A stretch of 64,000 nucleotides of DNA from a virus (Duplodnaviria; Caudoviricetes): positions 1-64,000 of IMG/VR virus record IMGVR_UViG_3300033121_000983, one strand, 5' to 3'. The notes beneath the pieces were generated by a model. That model was not told the origin of the DNA, made no database searches, and saw nothing but the letters and a program-made list of their open reading frames with translations. A program made the translations under genes and the position numbers. Below are positions 39,372 to 47,846 of the stretch, one piece after another. Within the stretch, counting starts at the first letter, position 1. Every line of letters begins with the position of its first letter.

Positions 39372-42009
39372 ACGACGCGACTGGTCGCCGCCGTGTACGT
39401 CGGGTGGCAGCTTCAAACCACGGCAGATCGATAACCCAGCTGGCTTCGCGATCTTCTACCATAGCTTGCGCTGACGTTAGCGCTGCGCTGATCGAGAACG
39501 CGGACAGGGGGACTTCCCACAAGCTGTGCACCGCAGCCAGATACGCAGTCTTGGGGATTTCTAGTGTAGTCGGCGTAGCGATCAGCTTTACCCCGCCGCG
39601 CACGTCCCCGTCCACACTGGCAATGCCGCGCGCACGCAGCTTCACCAACGACTGCGCAAAACCGCGCGCGATCTGTACGGCGTCGCGTGTGCGCAGCAAC
39701 CCACCACTGCCGGTTAGCGCACCAATCGGTGTGCTAGGGCTGACGCGCTCAACAAACAGCTGCAGATCGTCCAGTACAGTCTCTACCCAGTCGACGTCGC
39801 CGCCTGGCAGTAGTTGTGACTGCAGCATATGCGCGATGTAGGCTGTCAACAGTTTCGCCATGCTGGCAGTCGCGGCGGTCGGCGGTCGTTGGGCCTTAGC
39901 GACATCCACGACGTACCACTGCTCAGTTAGATGCAGCGCATCCTGCGTATCGTCCGCGACTGTCGTGATTACGCCGTCAAAACCGCTACGCTCAGTCAGC
40001 CACCGAATGAAAGCCTTTGTGCGACAAAACGTCGTATCAATCGCTGTCGGCCAGGCATGCACACGCTGTGTATCGATGTGTTTGGTGCAGTCGGTGATGC
40101 GCGCGGGCCGGACTGACGTCAAACCGCAGCCCTGCGCTAGGCGCACCAGCAGTTCATCTGCACCGGCGCCATGTAGCAACAGGTTTGGCGGTGTAACACG
40201 CGCAAGGGGCGCAAGGACACCAGCGGCAACACAACCGACGAGCGCAATCAGCGCGCGACGAGTGTGCTCGTCGCCCAGATCCTCGATATCCTGCGACGTC
40301 ACGACATCAGGCGCAGGCAGTAGGTACCCGGGGGCGTCGGCTTGAAAACCGCCTTCATGTTGGCGTGCCACACCATTACTGCCGATCTCGAATTGCGGCA
40401 ATACTAGGCTGCCGCGGGTGTGATCCCAGCCGATGTGATCTGCGCCGCGCACCAAGGCAGGTGCGTGCAGCTGCATGGCGATCTGCGTGATGTAGCGACG
40501 CCAGGACGGGTTGGCGTACAGTACGCCACTGTTATGCCGCAGCAGCACTTGCTGCAGCCACTCTTGTGTATTGCGTTCGATCGTATCGCGCTCGTCGCAG
40601 AACGGGATCTCCTGTCCCTTGTAGATCACGCGTCCCTGGTACAGCGTGACATTCAGCCGTGGGCGGTGCACGACACGATCAATACGCAGGATCGCATTAA
40701 CGAGTAGCGTACCTGCACCGTACGTCGTACTCCCGAGCGGACTGGCGTACCAGGCGCCTTCACGTTCAACGACTACGAATCGACCAAGCTGTACGCTGCG
40801 CTGATCGTAGGCGTCGCCTAGCAGCTTAGCCGCACGTTTCTGTACATCGAGGCTGCACGCCGCCAGCAGTTGCGAAACCTCCACATTGCGGTCACCGATA
40901 GCACTCAGCAGCGCCAGCAGTTTCTCGTCGTTCAGTGAGCGCATCAGCTTTGAGGCAGCTTCGTGCCATGGCTGCGCACGCTCGATAACCCCGTCGATGA
41001 GCTCCTCGGGCGTCTCACCGCCCGGGCGCTGTAGCGACTTAAGTATCGCGTCGGTCGAGACTGTTGCGATTGGACTGTTTAATTGGTACGCCGTAGCAAT
41101 GCCGGCGTCCGACAGGTTCGGCTCCCAGAGGACGATGTCTGCGCCACGCAGGGCCTGCCAGGCTGTGGACAGTCGCGTCTGCTTGGCGGACCAATGCACT
41201 AGCGGGACAGTACGGCGCTCAGCAACCGCGCTGCGTAACTGCAGTTTCAGATAGAGCCCGAGGCGCGAGGTTGCCAATACTCGGCGGCGCCCGCGATTCG
41301 GCGGGTCCTGTAGCAGCTTTGGCGGTGTAGCCAGACCGTAATCGGCATCGAACATACAGTCGATGCGATCTCGTGTCATCTGCCAGCCGCGGCCGAGGAA
41401 CGTAAACCCGCTGTGCTGGCCTGGTAATCGCCAGCGCGGCACCACGAGCACGTCAGCCCAATTTGCGCCGCGGAAGAGTTTGTTGTGAGACGCGGTGCCG
41501 CCATAGATCTGTTCCACGGTTTCGTACGGCGCAACGCCGCAGATATCGCGCAATCGTTCGCGCAGTTCGTTATGGCTTGTCGGCAGCGCGCGGCAGAGTT
41601 GCGACAGCTTTGCGCGAAAATCGACTTCAGGTTTCGCTAAATTTTGCTGCGCGTCGCGCCAGAATCGACTCGCCGTGCGCGCCGGTCGATGGTATTTTGC
41701 ACGGTAGAGGGGCAGGGTCGAACGGGTGCTGACAACAGGGATCCCGTGCTGCCGCAAGCGCTGCACGGTCTCTTCGATGTTAGTGCGCCAGAGCTTGCCC
41801 GACAGGTAGAGCAGGTTTCCAGCCACGTGGCAATTGCGGCACGCCGCCCATTGGCCGTAGCCAATAACGTCAGCGTAGATTACCATAGTACCGTTGTGGC
41901 AAAACGGACACGTTGTCCGCGCCGGTAACGCAGCGGTTGGTGACGGCAGCTGAAACAGCCGTAGCCAGGCTTGCCAGTCGATCGAGGCGTGAATTGCGCC
42001 AGGAGTCAT
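39370..42009 (-). CDS. Degenerate primase Zn-finger/TOPRIM/DUF927-like protein
   Basis: N-terminal CPFC..CRNC, 'GNLLYL..KL', 'VVPRW'; 'HIGWD..LVLP'; no intact TOPRIM or Walker motifs seen. Confidence 0.6.
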   Translation of the reverse strand: MTPGAIHASIDWQAWLRLFQLPSPTAALPARTTCPFCHNGTMVIYADVIGYGQWAACRNCHVAGNLLYLSGKLWRTNIEETVQRLRQHGIPVVSTRSTLPLYRAKYHRPARTASRFWRDAQQNLAKPEVDFRAKLSQLCRALPTSHNELRERLRDICGVAPYETVEQIYGGTASHNKLFRGANWADVLVVPRWRLPGQHSGFTFLGRGWQMTRDRIDCMFDADYGLATPPKLLQDPPNRGRRRVLATSRLGLYLKLQLRSAVAERRTVPLVHWSAKQTRLSTAWQALRGADIVLWEPNLSDAGIATAYQLNSPIATVSTDAILKSLQRPGGETPEELIDGVIERAQPWHEAASKLMRSLNDEKLLALLSAIGDRNVEVSQLLAACSLDVQKRAAKLLGDAYDQRSVQLGRFVVVEREGAWYASPLGSTTYGAGTLLVNAILRIDRVVHRPRLNVTLYQGRVIYKGQEIPFCDERDTIERNTQEWLQQVLLRHNSGVLYANPSWRRYITQIAMQLHAPALVRGADHIGWDHTRGSLVLPQFEIGSNGVARQHEGGFQADAPGYLLPAPDVVTSQDIEDLGDEHTRRALIALVGCVAAGVLAPLARVTPPNLLLHGAGADELLVRLAQGCGLTSVRPARITDCTKHIDTQRVHAWPTAIDTTFCRTKAFIRWLTERSGFDGVITTVADDTQDALHLTEQWYVVDVAKAQRPPTAATASMAKLLTAYIAHMLQSQLLPGGDVDWVETVLDDLQLFVERVSPSTPIGALTGSGGLLRTRDAVQIARGFAQSLVKLRARGIASVDGDVRGGVKLIATPTTLEIPKTAYLAAVHSLWEVPLSAFSISAALTSAQAMVEDREASWVIDLPWFEAATRRTRRRPVAS

Positions 42010-42011
42010 CA

Positions 42012-43190
42012 ATGCAATCCATTTTTCGTAACGGCGATCAGCTCAACGAACAAGCTGTAAGTCGTGTCGCGCAGCTCTACGACTTGCCGGACTACGTGAA
42101 AACCGCCGACGTCGATGATGCTTTTCCGTCGCAGACACGTCAATTGCCGGCTACGGTCTTTGGTGATGCTCACACGCGATCCTTCGCTGTACACACTAAG
42201 GCGGCGTGCTGGTTAGCCGCTGTGGACTTCGAAGAGCAGCGTGCACGGTTCTCTGCGAAGTACGCGGCCCGGGTGGAAGCGGCAATCACGAAAGCCGCAT
42301 CCGCATGGGGTATTCTGCCAGACGTTGAGCGCGTCCGCAACGCGGCTACGGCGATGCGGCAAACTTCACTGGAAAAACTGGCCGATTCCGAGTTCGCGCT
42401 GGTGCGTCAGCTTGGCAACCAGGTTGAGCGTCAGTACCCGCTGCGCAACGCCGCTGAAGTGGCCGCGGCTGCTGCGTGGCTGCACAAGTACGCAGCTGAG
42501 TTTCCTCGACGCGATCGCCAGAAAATCGCGCAGCGCATCGTGGATCGTTGCGACGACACCGGAGCGGCAATTGATAGCGCTACCCGGGAATTCCTCGACA
42601 AGGTCGCCGGTTACGGCGTCCCGGATTGCCGACAGTTTGGCGCTGCCATTGTGCAGCGCAGCAACATGATCGGTAACCCTACGCTGGCGCGCGAGTTGCT
42701 GAAAGTCGCGGGACTGCTGCACTCCGCTGTCGACGGTCAACCGCTGTCGCCGGACGTGTTGGACGGCATGCTCGACAACCTCGACGTGCTTGATCGCAAC
42801 TACAAGTTCACCGCACGTTACGGACGAGATCTGACGCTGCCGGAAGAAGCGTGTTACGCCGTCGGGCTGCACAAAGCGGCAGAGACGCTGCGCGACGTCG
42901 TGCAGCTTACGTCAGGGCATGTCTACACGAAGGACGCGCTGGCAGAACTGCCGTTGTCGAGCGTGACGGATGTGTTCGGAGAGGACATCGCCGCGCAGTG
43001 CTCCAGCGATGGGCTGTTCGTTGACCGCGAAAAACTCGCAGAAGTTGCCGCTGTCTTGCCTCGCCCAGATGCGATGACACTGCACTCGTTGCTGCAGCGG
43101 CACGGCGTGCAGGAACTCGTCGACAAGACTGCGGCAACGGCGGCTCCGCGGCTGACACACGACGACTGGATCGCGCTTGTCCCGGCGTAG
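42012..43190 (+). CDS. Putative virion/head protein with tandem DUF6582-like repeats
   Basis: AGGAG RBS; repeats 'LPATVFG..RSFAVHT' and 'LADSEFAL..RQYPLRN'; many K-x-A motifs. Confidence 0.65.
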   Translation: MQSIFRNGDQLNEQAVSRVAQLYDLPDYVKTADVDDAFPSQTRQLPATVFGDAHTRSFAVHTKAACWLAAVDFEEQRARFSAKYAARVEAAITKAASAWGILPDVERVRNAATAMRQTSLEKLADSEFALVRQLGNQVERQYPLRNAAEVAAAAAWLHKYAAEFPRRDRQKIAQRIVDRCDDTGAAIDSATREFLDKVAGYGVPDCRQFGAAIVQRSNMIGNPTLARELLKVAGLLHSAVDGQPLSPDVLDGMLDNLDVLDRNYKFTARYGRDLTLPEEACYAVGLHKAAETLRDVVQLTSGHVYTKDALAELPLSSVTDVFGEDIAAQCSSDGLFVDREKLAEVAAVLPRPDAMTLHSLLQRHGVQELVDKTAATAAPRLTHDDWIALVPA

Positions 43191-43207
43191 TTTCCTTTGA
43201 CGTTAAA
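43189..43207. promoter_or_regulatory. Repeated operator-like motif (copy 3)
   Basis: AGTTTCCTTTGACGTTAAA between convergent stop codons. Confidence 0.6.
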
Positions 43208-43919
43208 TCAAAGTCATCGCGTCGCCGTTCTCGAGCGGCAGCTGCTGTAGCTGTGCCATAAGCTGCCGCAGCAGGAGCTGCGTGTCGTCGGCCATGTCAT
43301 CGGCGTCATCTTGTTTGGCGCCGAGAACGCCTGTGGCTTCGGTCGGATTACCCAGCGCTAGCGAATCGTAGTCTGGCTGGAAATAGCTGCCAGCGGCCAC
43401 GCGTAGCACGTTAGGCGGGCTGTAAAGACCTTCCTCGCGCAACAGCTTGCCAATGAAAGCGGAGATCTCAGGCACGAACAGTTGTTCCGTGCCGTACTCC
43501 TCATCCGGCAGCAGCAGCATCGCTTCCGTAATCGCCCAGGCGCATTCTCGCGTGTCCGGCAGTGCTACGATATCGAACCGTAGACCGTTGCCGCAGAGCG
43601 CCTCAGTAAGCGTGCAGAACATCGGCTGCCGCTGAAAGAAGTCGTCAGTCTGCACGATGCTCATCGCAGCCATGAGCTTGCCGAAGTTGAACTTGTCCAG
43701 ACGGATTCGGTAATCTTCGGCAAGCTCATGCTGCAAGGTAGACGGGGTCCAGTCCAGGCATTCGAGCCCGAACCGATCAACACAGAACGTCAACAGCGTT
43801 GTGCCAAATACGTCGTCGCCGTGAAACAGCCGTAACAACTCCGGCTCTGTCAGCTTGCGGCGGACATTAACCGGCGTGTCGTTGTCCGACAACAGTACAG
43901 AGTTGGCAGCTGCCGACAT
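43203..43919 (-). CDS. Hypothetical protein
   Basis: 238-aa ORF. Confidence 0.75.
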   Translation of the reverse strand: MSAAANSVLLSDNDTPVNVRRKLTEPELLRLFHGDDVFGTTLLTFCVDRFGLECLDWTPSTLQHELAEDYRIRLDKFNFGKLMAAMSIVQTDDFFQRQPMFCTLTEALCGNGLRFDIVALPDTRECAWAITEAMLLLPDEEYGTEQLFVPEISAFIGKLLREEGLYSPPNVLRVAAGSYFQPDYDSLALGNPTEATGVLGAKQDDADDMADDTQLLLRQLMAQLQQLPLENGDAMTLI

Positions 43920-43947
43920 CGTAGCGCATCCGTAACGAGTTGGCGGC

Positions 43948-44325
43948 CTAGAAGCGCAGGCCGGTCGCGTTCAGACGAATTTCCACGCGATAGGCGTGGA
44001 TACGCCCGGCGCCGACCAGCACGTTACCTTCACTATCGACGGCGTACGGCGCGTCGTTCAGCGCAGGCTGCGGATTGGCCAGGCCCATTTTCTGGGCGAC
44101 TTGCCGTGCAAAGTCGGTCGCTGCCTGGCTGCCAAGTTTTTCGATCGCGAATTGCATTCCGCGACGCATCAGAGCGGGAGACGCTTCAAGCGTCACCACT
44201 CCTTCCTGATCTCCGACGTATGTGGCGGCGCGCGTGCCGCCTTCTTTTGTGCGCTCCTGCTGCACGACGTTGAAATCAACGGCGGCGGCAGACGGTTGTG
44301 CGGTGTATGCGTCCGCTGCGAACAT
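43948..44325 (-). CDS. Hypothetical protein
   Basis: TAGGAG RBS and its own promoter. Confidence 0.75.
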   Translation of the reverse strand: MFAADAYTAQPSAAAVDFNVVQQERTKEGGTRAATYVGDQEGVVTLEASPALMRRGMQFAIEKLGSQAATDFARQVAQKMGLANPQPALNDAPYAVDSEGNVLVGAGRIHAYRVEIRLNATGLRF

Positions 44326-44368
44326 CTTTCAGACTCCTAATAGACTTGCGCAAATTGCGCTTAACCAC

Positions 44369-44397
44369 AGTGTAGCTGCCCGTACGAACAGCCGCAA
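44369..44397 (-). promoter_or_regulatory. Sigma70-like promoter
   Basis: TTGCGG-N17-TACACT. Confidence 0.55.
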
Positions 44398-44429
44398 CGG
44401 CCGATAGCTAAAGCGAAGGCCCCTGGTAA

Positions 44430-44678
44430 GAGAAAGCCGACGGCTAACCGTCCTGCTGAACGAAGCTGTAACGCGCTCATGCTTGAAGAATTAGCGCCGC
44501 GGTTAAGCGGAACTATTTCAACAAACATGAGCCACGTCAACAGCTTCGTCCAACAGGACGATAGCCAGAAACACGACGCAAGCCGGCACTTAGAAACACC
44601 TTCGCCGTATTCGGTGTATTCGGCGAAGCCCGCCCGCGAGCGGAGCCTTAGACACTGCCCCTAGGTGCCGGCGTTGCG
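44430..44678 (-). ncRNA. Candidate structured RNA (multibranch domain plus 125-nt rod)
   Basis: Long imperfect inverted repeats; several + strand A.C mismatches become G.U pairs on the - strand. Confidence 0.6.
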
Positions 44679-45140
44679 CTACTTGCCTGCGGCGTACTCA
44701 GCTTGCGCCTCCGCGGTGAGGCAAGCCGGGCATGCGTCGCATGTACACGCGGCGCCGACGCTATCGCTGTCATCGACAGCATCAGCGCCGCTCTGAAGCG
44801 AACTGTACAGTTCCTTCAGGAACGGGTTTGTGATTGGCGGGCTGGTGATCAGCTCGTCGCCGATCTCTTCCGCCAGCAGACGCTCCGGGTCGAACTCGTT
44901 GAGCAACTCTTCGAGTTCGAGCTCGTCGATTGCCACGCCCGCGAGGCCATCATCGAGCATGTCGTGCTGCGCGTCCAGCGCAGCTTGTCGGCGGTAGAGC
45001 TTGGCCAGCTCTCGGTCTTGCCGACGGTCGTCATCATCGCAGACTCGATCTTCGTCGTCGACGAGTGCCAGGTCGGCACGCCCCGAGAGGCGGCTGAACT
45101 GACGCAAGAGCATGGGTTCTACGGCAGATGCGATAAACAT
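44679..45140 (-). CDS. Small highly acidic hypothetical protein with C-terminal Cys cluster
   Basis: GAAAGG RBS; CTCDACPAC. Confidence 0.7.
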   Translation of the reverse strand: MFIASAVEPMLLRQFSRLSGRADLALVDDEDRVCDDDDRRQDRELAKLYRRQAALDAQHDMLDDGLAGVAIDELELEELLNEFDPERLLAEEIGDELITSPPITNPFLKELYSSLQSGADAVDDSDSVGAACTCDACPACLTAEAQAEYAAGK

Positions 45141-45193
45141 TGTGAAGCCTTTCACAAGTGTGAGCTGCTGTCGTTTGACAGTTACGACAGCGG

Positions 45194-45228
45194 TACACAT
45201 GTTATGCCCGTGAACCCGCGCGAATTTA
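45194..45228 (-). promoter_or_regulatory. Bipartite promoter-like motif (copy 2)
   Basis: TAAATT-N16-CATAACATGTGTA, matching 5583-5617. Confidence 0.5.
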
Positions 45229-45233
45229 GCTGC

Positions 45234-45572
45234 CTAGAACTTCATCGTGATCCGCTTACCGTTTTGCAGGTAATTCGGGATACGGACCTCGCGCGTCTGC
45301 AGCAGCGTCTTCAGGCGCAACTTACGCTCGGTCGGCAGCGCCATAATTTTGCGATGCAGCTCGTCGTAGTCGTACGACTTACGCGCCATGGCTTCGCGCA
45401 GCAACCGCTTACGCTGACACTCGCTGCAGTTCGCAGGGATCGCCTTCTGCGCTGAGGTTGTCGCGGCGCTGTAGACGTCAGCGAAAAACGGAAACTCACC
45501 GGTGAAGATGGAAGAGCGCATCATCGACAGCAACCGCGTCTGGCTGAGTTCTACCGATGCCTTGAGAGCCAT
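45234..45572 (-). CDS. Hypothetical basic protein (CxxC)
   Basis: AAGGAG RBS. Confidence 0.75.
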   Translation of the reverse strand: MALKASVELSQTRLLSMMRSSIFTGEFPFFADVYSAATTSAQKAIPANCSECQRKRLLREAMARKSYDYDELHRKIMALPTERKLRLKTLLQTREVRIPNYLQNGKRITMKF

Positions 45573-45582
45573 GACCTACTCC

Positions 45583-46011
45583 TTACACAGACTCGCTGTC
45601 AGCCAGGTCAGCGCCGATGCGCACGCTGTCGGTCACCGCGATACTGTCGAGTCGGTTTAGCTGCGTCACCAACCGACCGACACTGGCTTTGATGATTGTC
45701 CACATTTGATCGGCCGCGTCGAGGGACGGCACAAGCACGTCGATCTGCGACAGGCGAAAGAACGGCGGATCCTGACCAGTCGCCGGATCATCCGTGGGGT
45801 ACTCAACGATATCGACTGCCTGGACCACCGTGATCAGTTCGTCGCGCGTTGCTGTGTGTGCCGAATCCGTGTAGACGCGCTGAAACAGGAAGATTTCCGA
45901 CGGCATCAACACCGGATCTTCGGCGACAATCACCACGCGCCAGGTCGGGGCGTTCTCGCCTTCGATCCGCGTCGGCTCGCTGCGCGTCAGAGTCACTCCG
46001 CGATCACTCAT
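45583..46011 (-). CDS. Hypothetical protein
   Basis: ATGA overlap with the GT gene stop. Confidence 0.75.
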   Translation of the reverse strand: MSDRGVTLTRSEPTRIEGENAPTWRVVIVAEDPVLMPSEIFLFQRVYTDSAHTATRDELITVVQAVDIVEYPTDDPATGQDPPFFRLSQIDVLVPSLDAADQMWTIIKASVGRLVTQLNRLDSIAVTDSVRIGADLADSESV

Positions 46012-47846
46012 TGCCCTGGCTCCGGTAACAGCCACGGCGGAGATTCAACGTATCCGCGGCGGCTTTTTGGCGGCGTAAAAATGTGGCACTTACCGACGTT
46101 GAACGCAACGGTGCGATACCCGCCCTGGTGGAGCTGTTCGCCGATCGTCACGTCGCCGCCGTTATGGTTCAGGCGTTTGCACGGGATGTCGCAGGCCAGC
46201 AAGGCCGACGTGCGTGCACACCAGAACCAACCTACCGGAAAGTGTACACAGTTTCCGTTGGGCGCGCAGCTGCCGTGCGCTGTGCGGAACTGCCGTTGCC
46301 GGTACCACGGGGCGTCACGAAACCACTGCAGCTGATATGAACGCTGAATGCGGCTGAATAAGGGAATGCCGAAACAGCCCACGTCATCTGCGCAGTCGCG
46401 CTGTAACTGGCGTAAGCGCTGATACCAGCTCGTATCGATCACGTAGGTATCGTCGTCGAACCACAGCACCCAGGGCGTGGTGATCGGCGCACTTGGGTCG
46501 TGAAACATCTCGCGCATCGCCGGATACTTACGCCGGCTGTGCTCATCGACGTAAAGCCGCGTCGACGGCAGCGCCTCGCAGAGTTCCTGCAAGTACCCCA
46601 GCGTGTCAGCGCCGACCTGGTTGCATCCGATGCGGAATTCCAGCGCCCCTACTGGCGTGCTGGCGCGAATAGAGTCGAGACACCGCCTATGCATCTCAAA
46701 CTCGTGACGCTGTCGCCCGTGCATCAGAATGCAGCAGGTCATCTCGGCGACAGGAGCTACTTCAGGTCCAACGGCTTCTGTTCGTTTCTGCTGCACAGCT
46801 TGTGGTGTCTCCTTACCAACGGCGATCTGCGCGGGCATACGCACAACACTAGGCGGCGTCCATACGCTAGGCAGCGCATAGGTCGCCAACGCGTCCACGA
46901 CCATCTGCGGTTTAAGCATTTTCATGCAGCGCGCTACCGGCTGCGCGCCGACACTTTCCGGGTAGTCGCACAGTGATTTCTCATTCTTCTCCACGCCGTC
47001 ATACAGTTTCACGATGCGCTGCCGCCAGCAACCGCTGCGCTCGCAGCAACTGAGCTGGCCCATCGTATTGAGGTACGTGTGTGGAACACGCACGGGCTCA
47101 CAGGCGCCGCCAAATTGCTCAGGAAACAGGTTGGCGTACTGCTCCCAGTGCGGATCCTCGCGTCCACCAGCTAGCACCACGCAGGGCTTGTGTAGCGCGC
47201 CTGCGATGTGCATCGGCAGCGAGATTCCGCAGACCACGCCGTGCGAGTGGTAAATGTTGACGAATAGGTCGCGGATGTTCGTTTTGCCGACCATCGAAAG
47301 CGCGTCGGCGAGCGGCGGATGCACGTGACGCGGTTTAGCCGCGCCCTCCTGCACGAACTGCCAGCCGCGCTCCATGCCGAGCCGCACAACTTCCTGGTAG
47401 TACTCAGTCGGCCAGAACTTGACGGTGATGTCGAGTTTGCCGCCAGGCACGATCACCAGGTAGTCGCCGGCGATGATCGGGCGCGTGCGCTCTTGCTCGG
47501 TCAGGTGGATGTCGCCATGCGGTTTAGTCAACGTCACCGGCAGGCCCGTCTTCGCCGTAAAGTCGCGAAAATACGCCGTGAGGTAGTGCTGGCGCACTCC
47601 ATTGCGAGACTGTGTGATATAGGCCCGCTCTGATAACTGCACTTTTTGTGCGTCGCGGTCGCTATCAGCCAGCGACGTGAGATAAGGATTGTGCAGCCAG
47701 ATCGAGTCGGTGAAGTAAGAACGCACGTCAACAAGCACGTCGTCGCCATAACGCAGTTTAATGTCCCGCACGAGCGCGGTCAGCACGAGAGTGTCGCCAG
47801 GTGCACCCTGGTACTGCAGGATGAATTTTTTAGGTGTGCGCGCCAT
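46008..47846 (-). CDS. GT9 (heptosyltransferase-like) + GT-A glycosyltransferase fusion
   Basis: 'APGDTLVLT', 'HNPY', 'KFWP', 'MHIAGALHKP'; C-terminal 'LWFDDDTYV', 'HNGGD'. Confidence 0.85.
   Translation of the reverse strand: MARTPKKFILQYQGAPGDTLVLTALVRDIKLRYGDDVLVDVRSYFTDSIWLHNPYLTSLADSDRDAQKVQLSERAYITQSRNGVRQHYLTAYFRDFTAKTGLPVTLTKPHGDIHLTEQERTRPIIAGDYLVIVPGGKLDITVKFWPTEYYQEVVRLGMERGWQFVQEGAAKPRHVHPPLADALSMVGKTNIRDLFVNIYHSHGVVCGISLPMHIAGALHKPCVVLAGGREDPHWEQYANLFPEQFGGACEPVRVPHTYLNTMGQLSCCERSGCWRQRIVKLYDGVEKNEKSLCDYPESVGAQPVARCMKMLKPQMVVDALATYALPSVWTPPSVVRMPAQIAVGKETPQAVQQKRTEAVGPEVAPVAEMTCCILMHGRQRHEFEMHRRCLDSIRASTPVGALEFRIGCNQVGADTLGYLQELCEALPSTRLYVDEHSRRKYPAMREMFHDPSAPITTPWVLWFDDDTYVIDTSWYQRLRQLQRDCADDVGCFGIPLFSRIQRSYQLQWFRDAPWYRQRQFRTAHGSCAPNGNCVHFPVGWFWCARTSALLACDIPCKRLNHNGGDVTIGEQLHQGGYRTVAFNVGKCHIFTPPKSRRGYVESPPWLLPEPGQ

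Noticed and set aside
43181-43208. dif/Xer site (TGACGTTAAAT resembles the XerD arm)
   Set aside because: No XerC-like arm at 6-bp spacing; better explained by the repeated palindromic motif.
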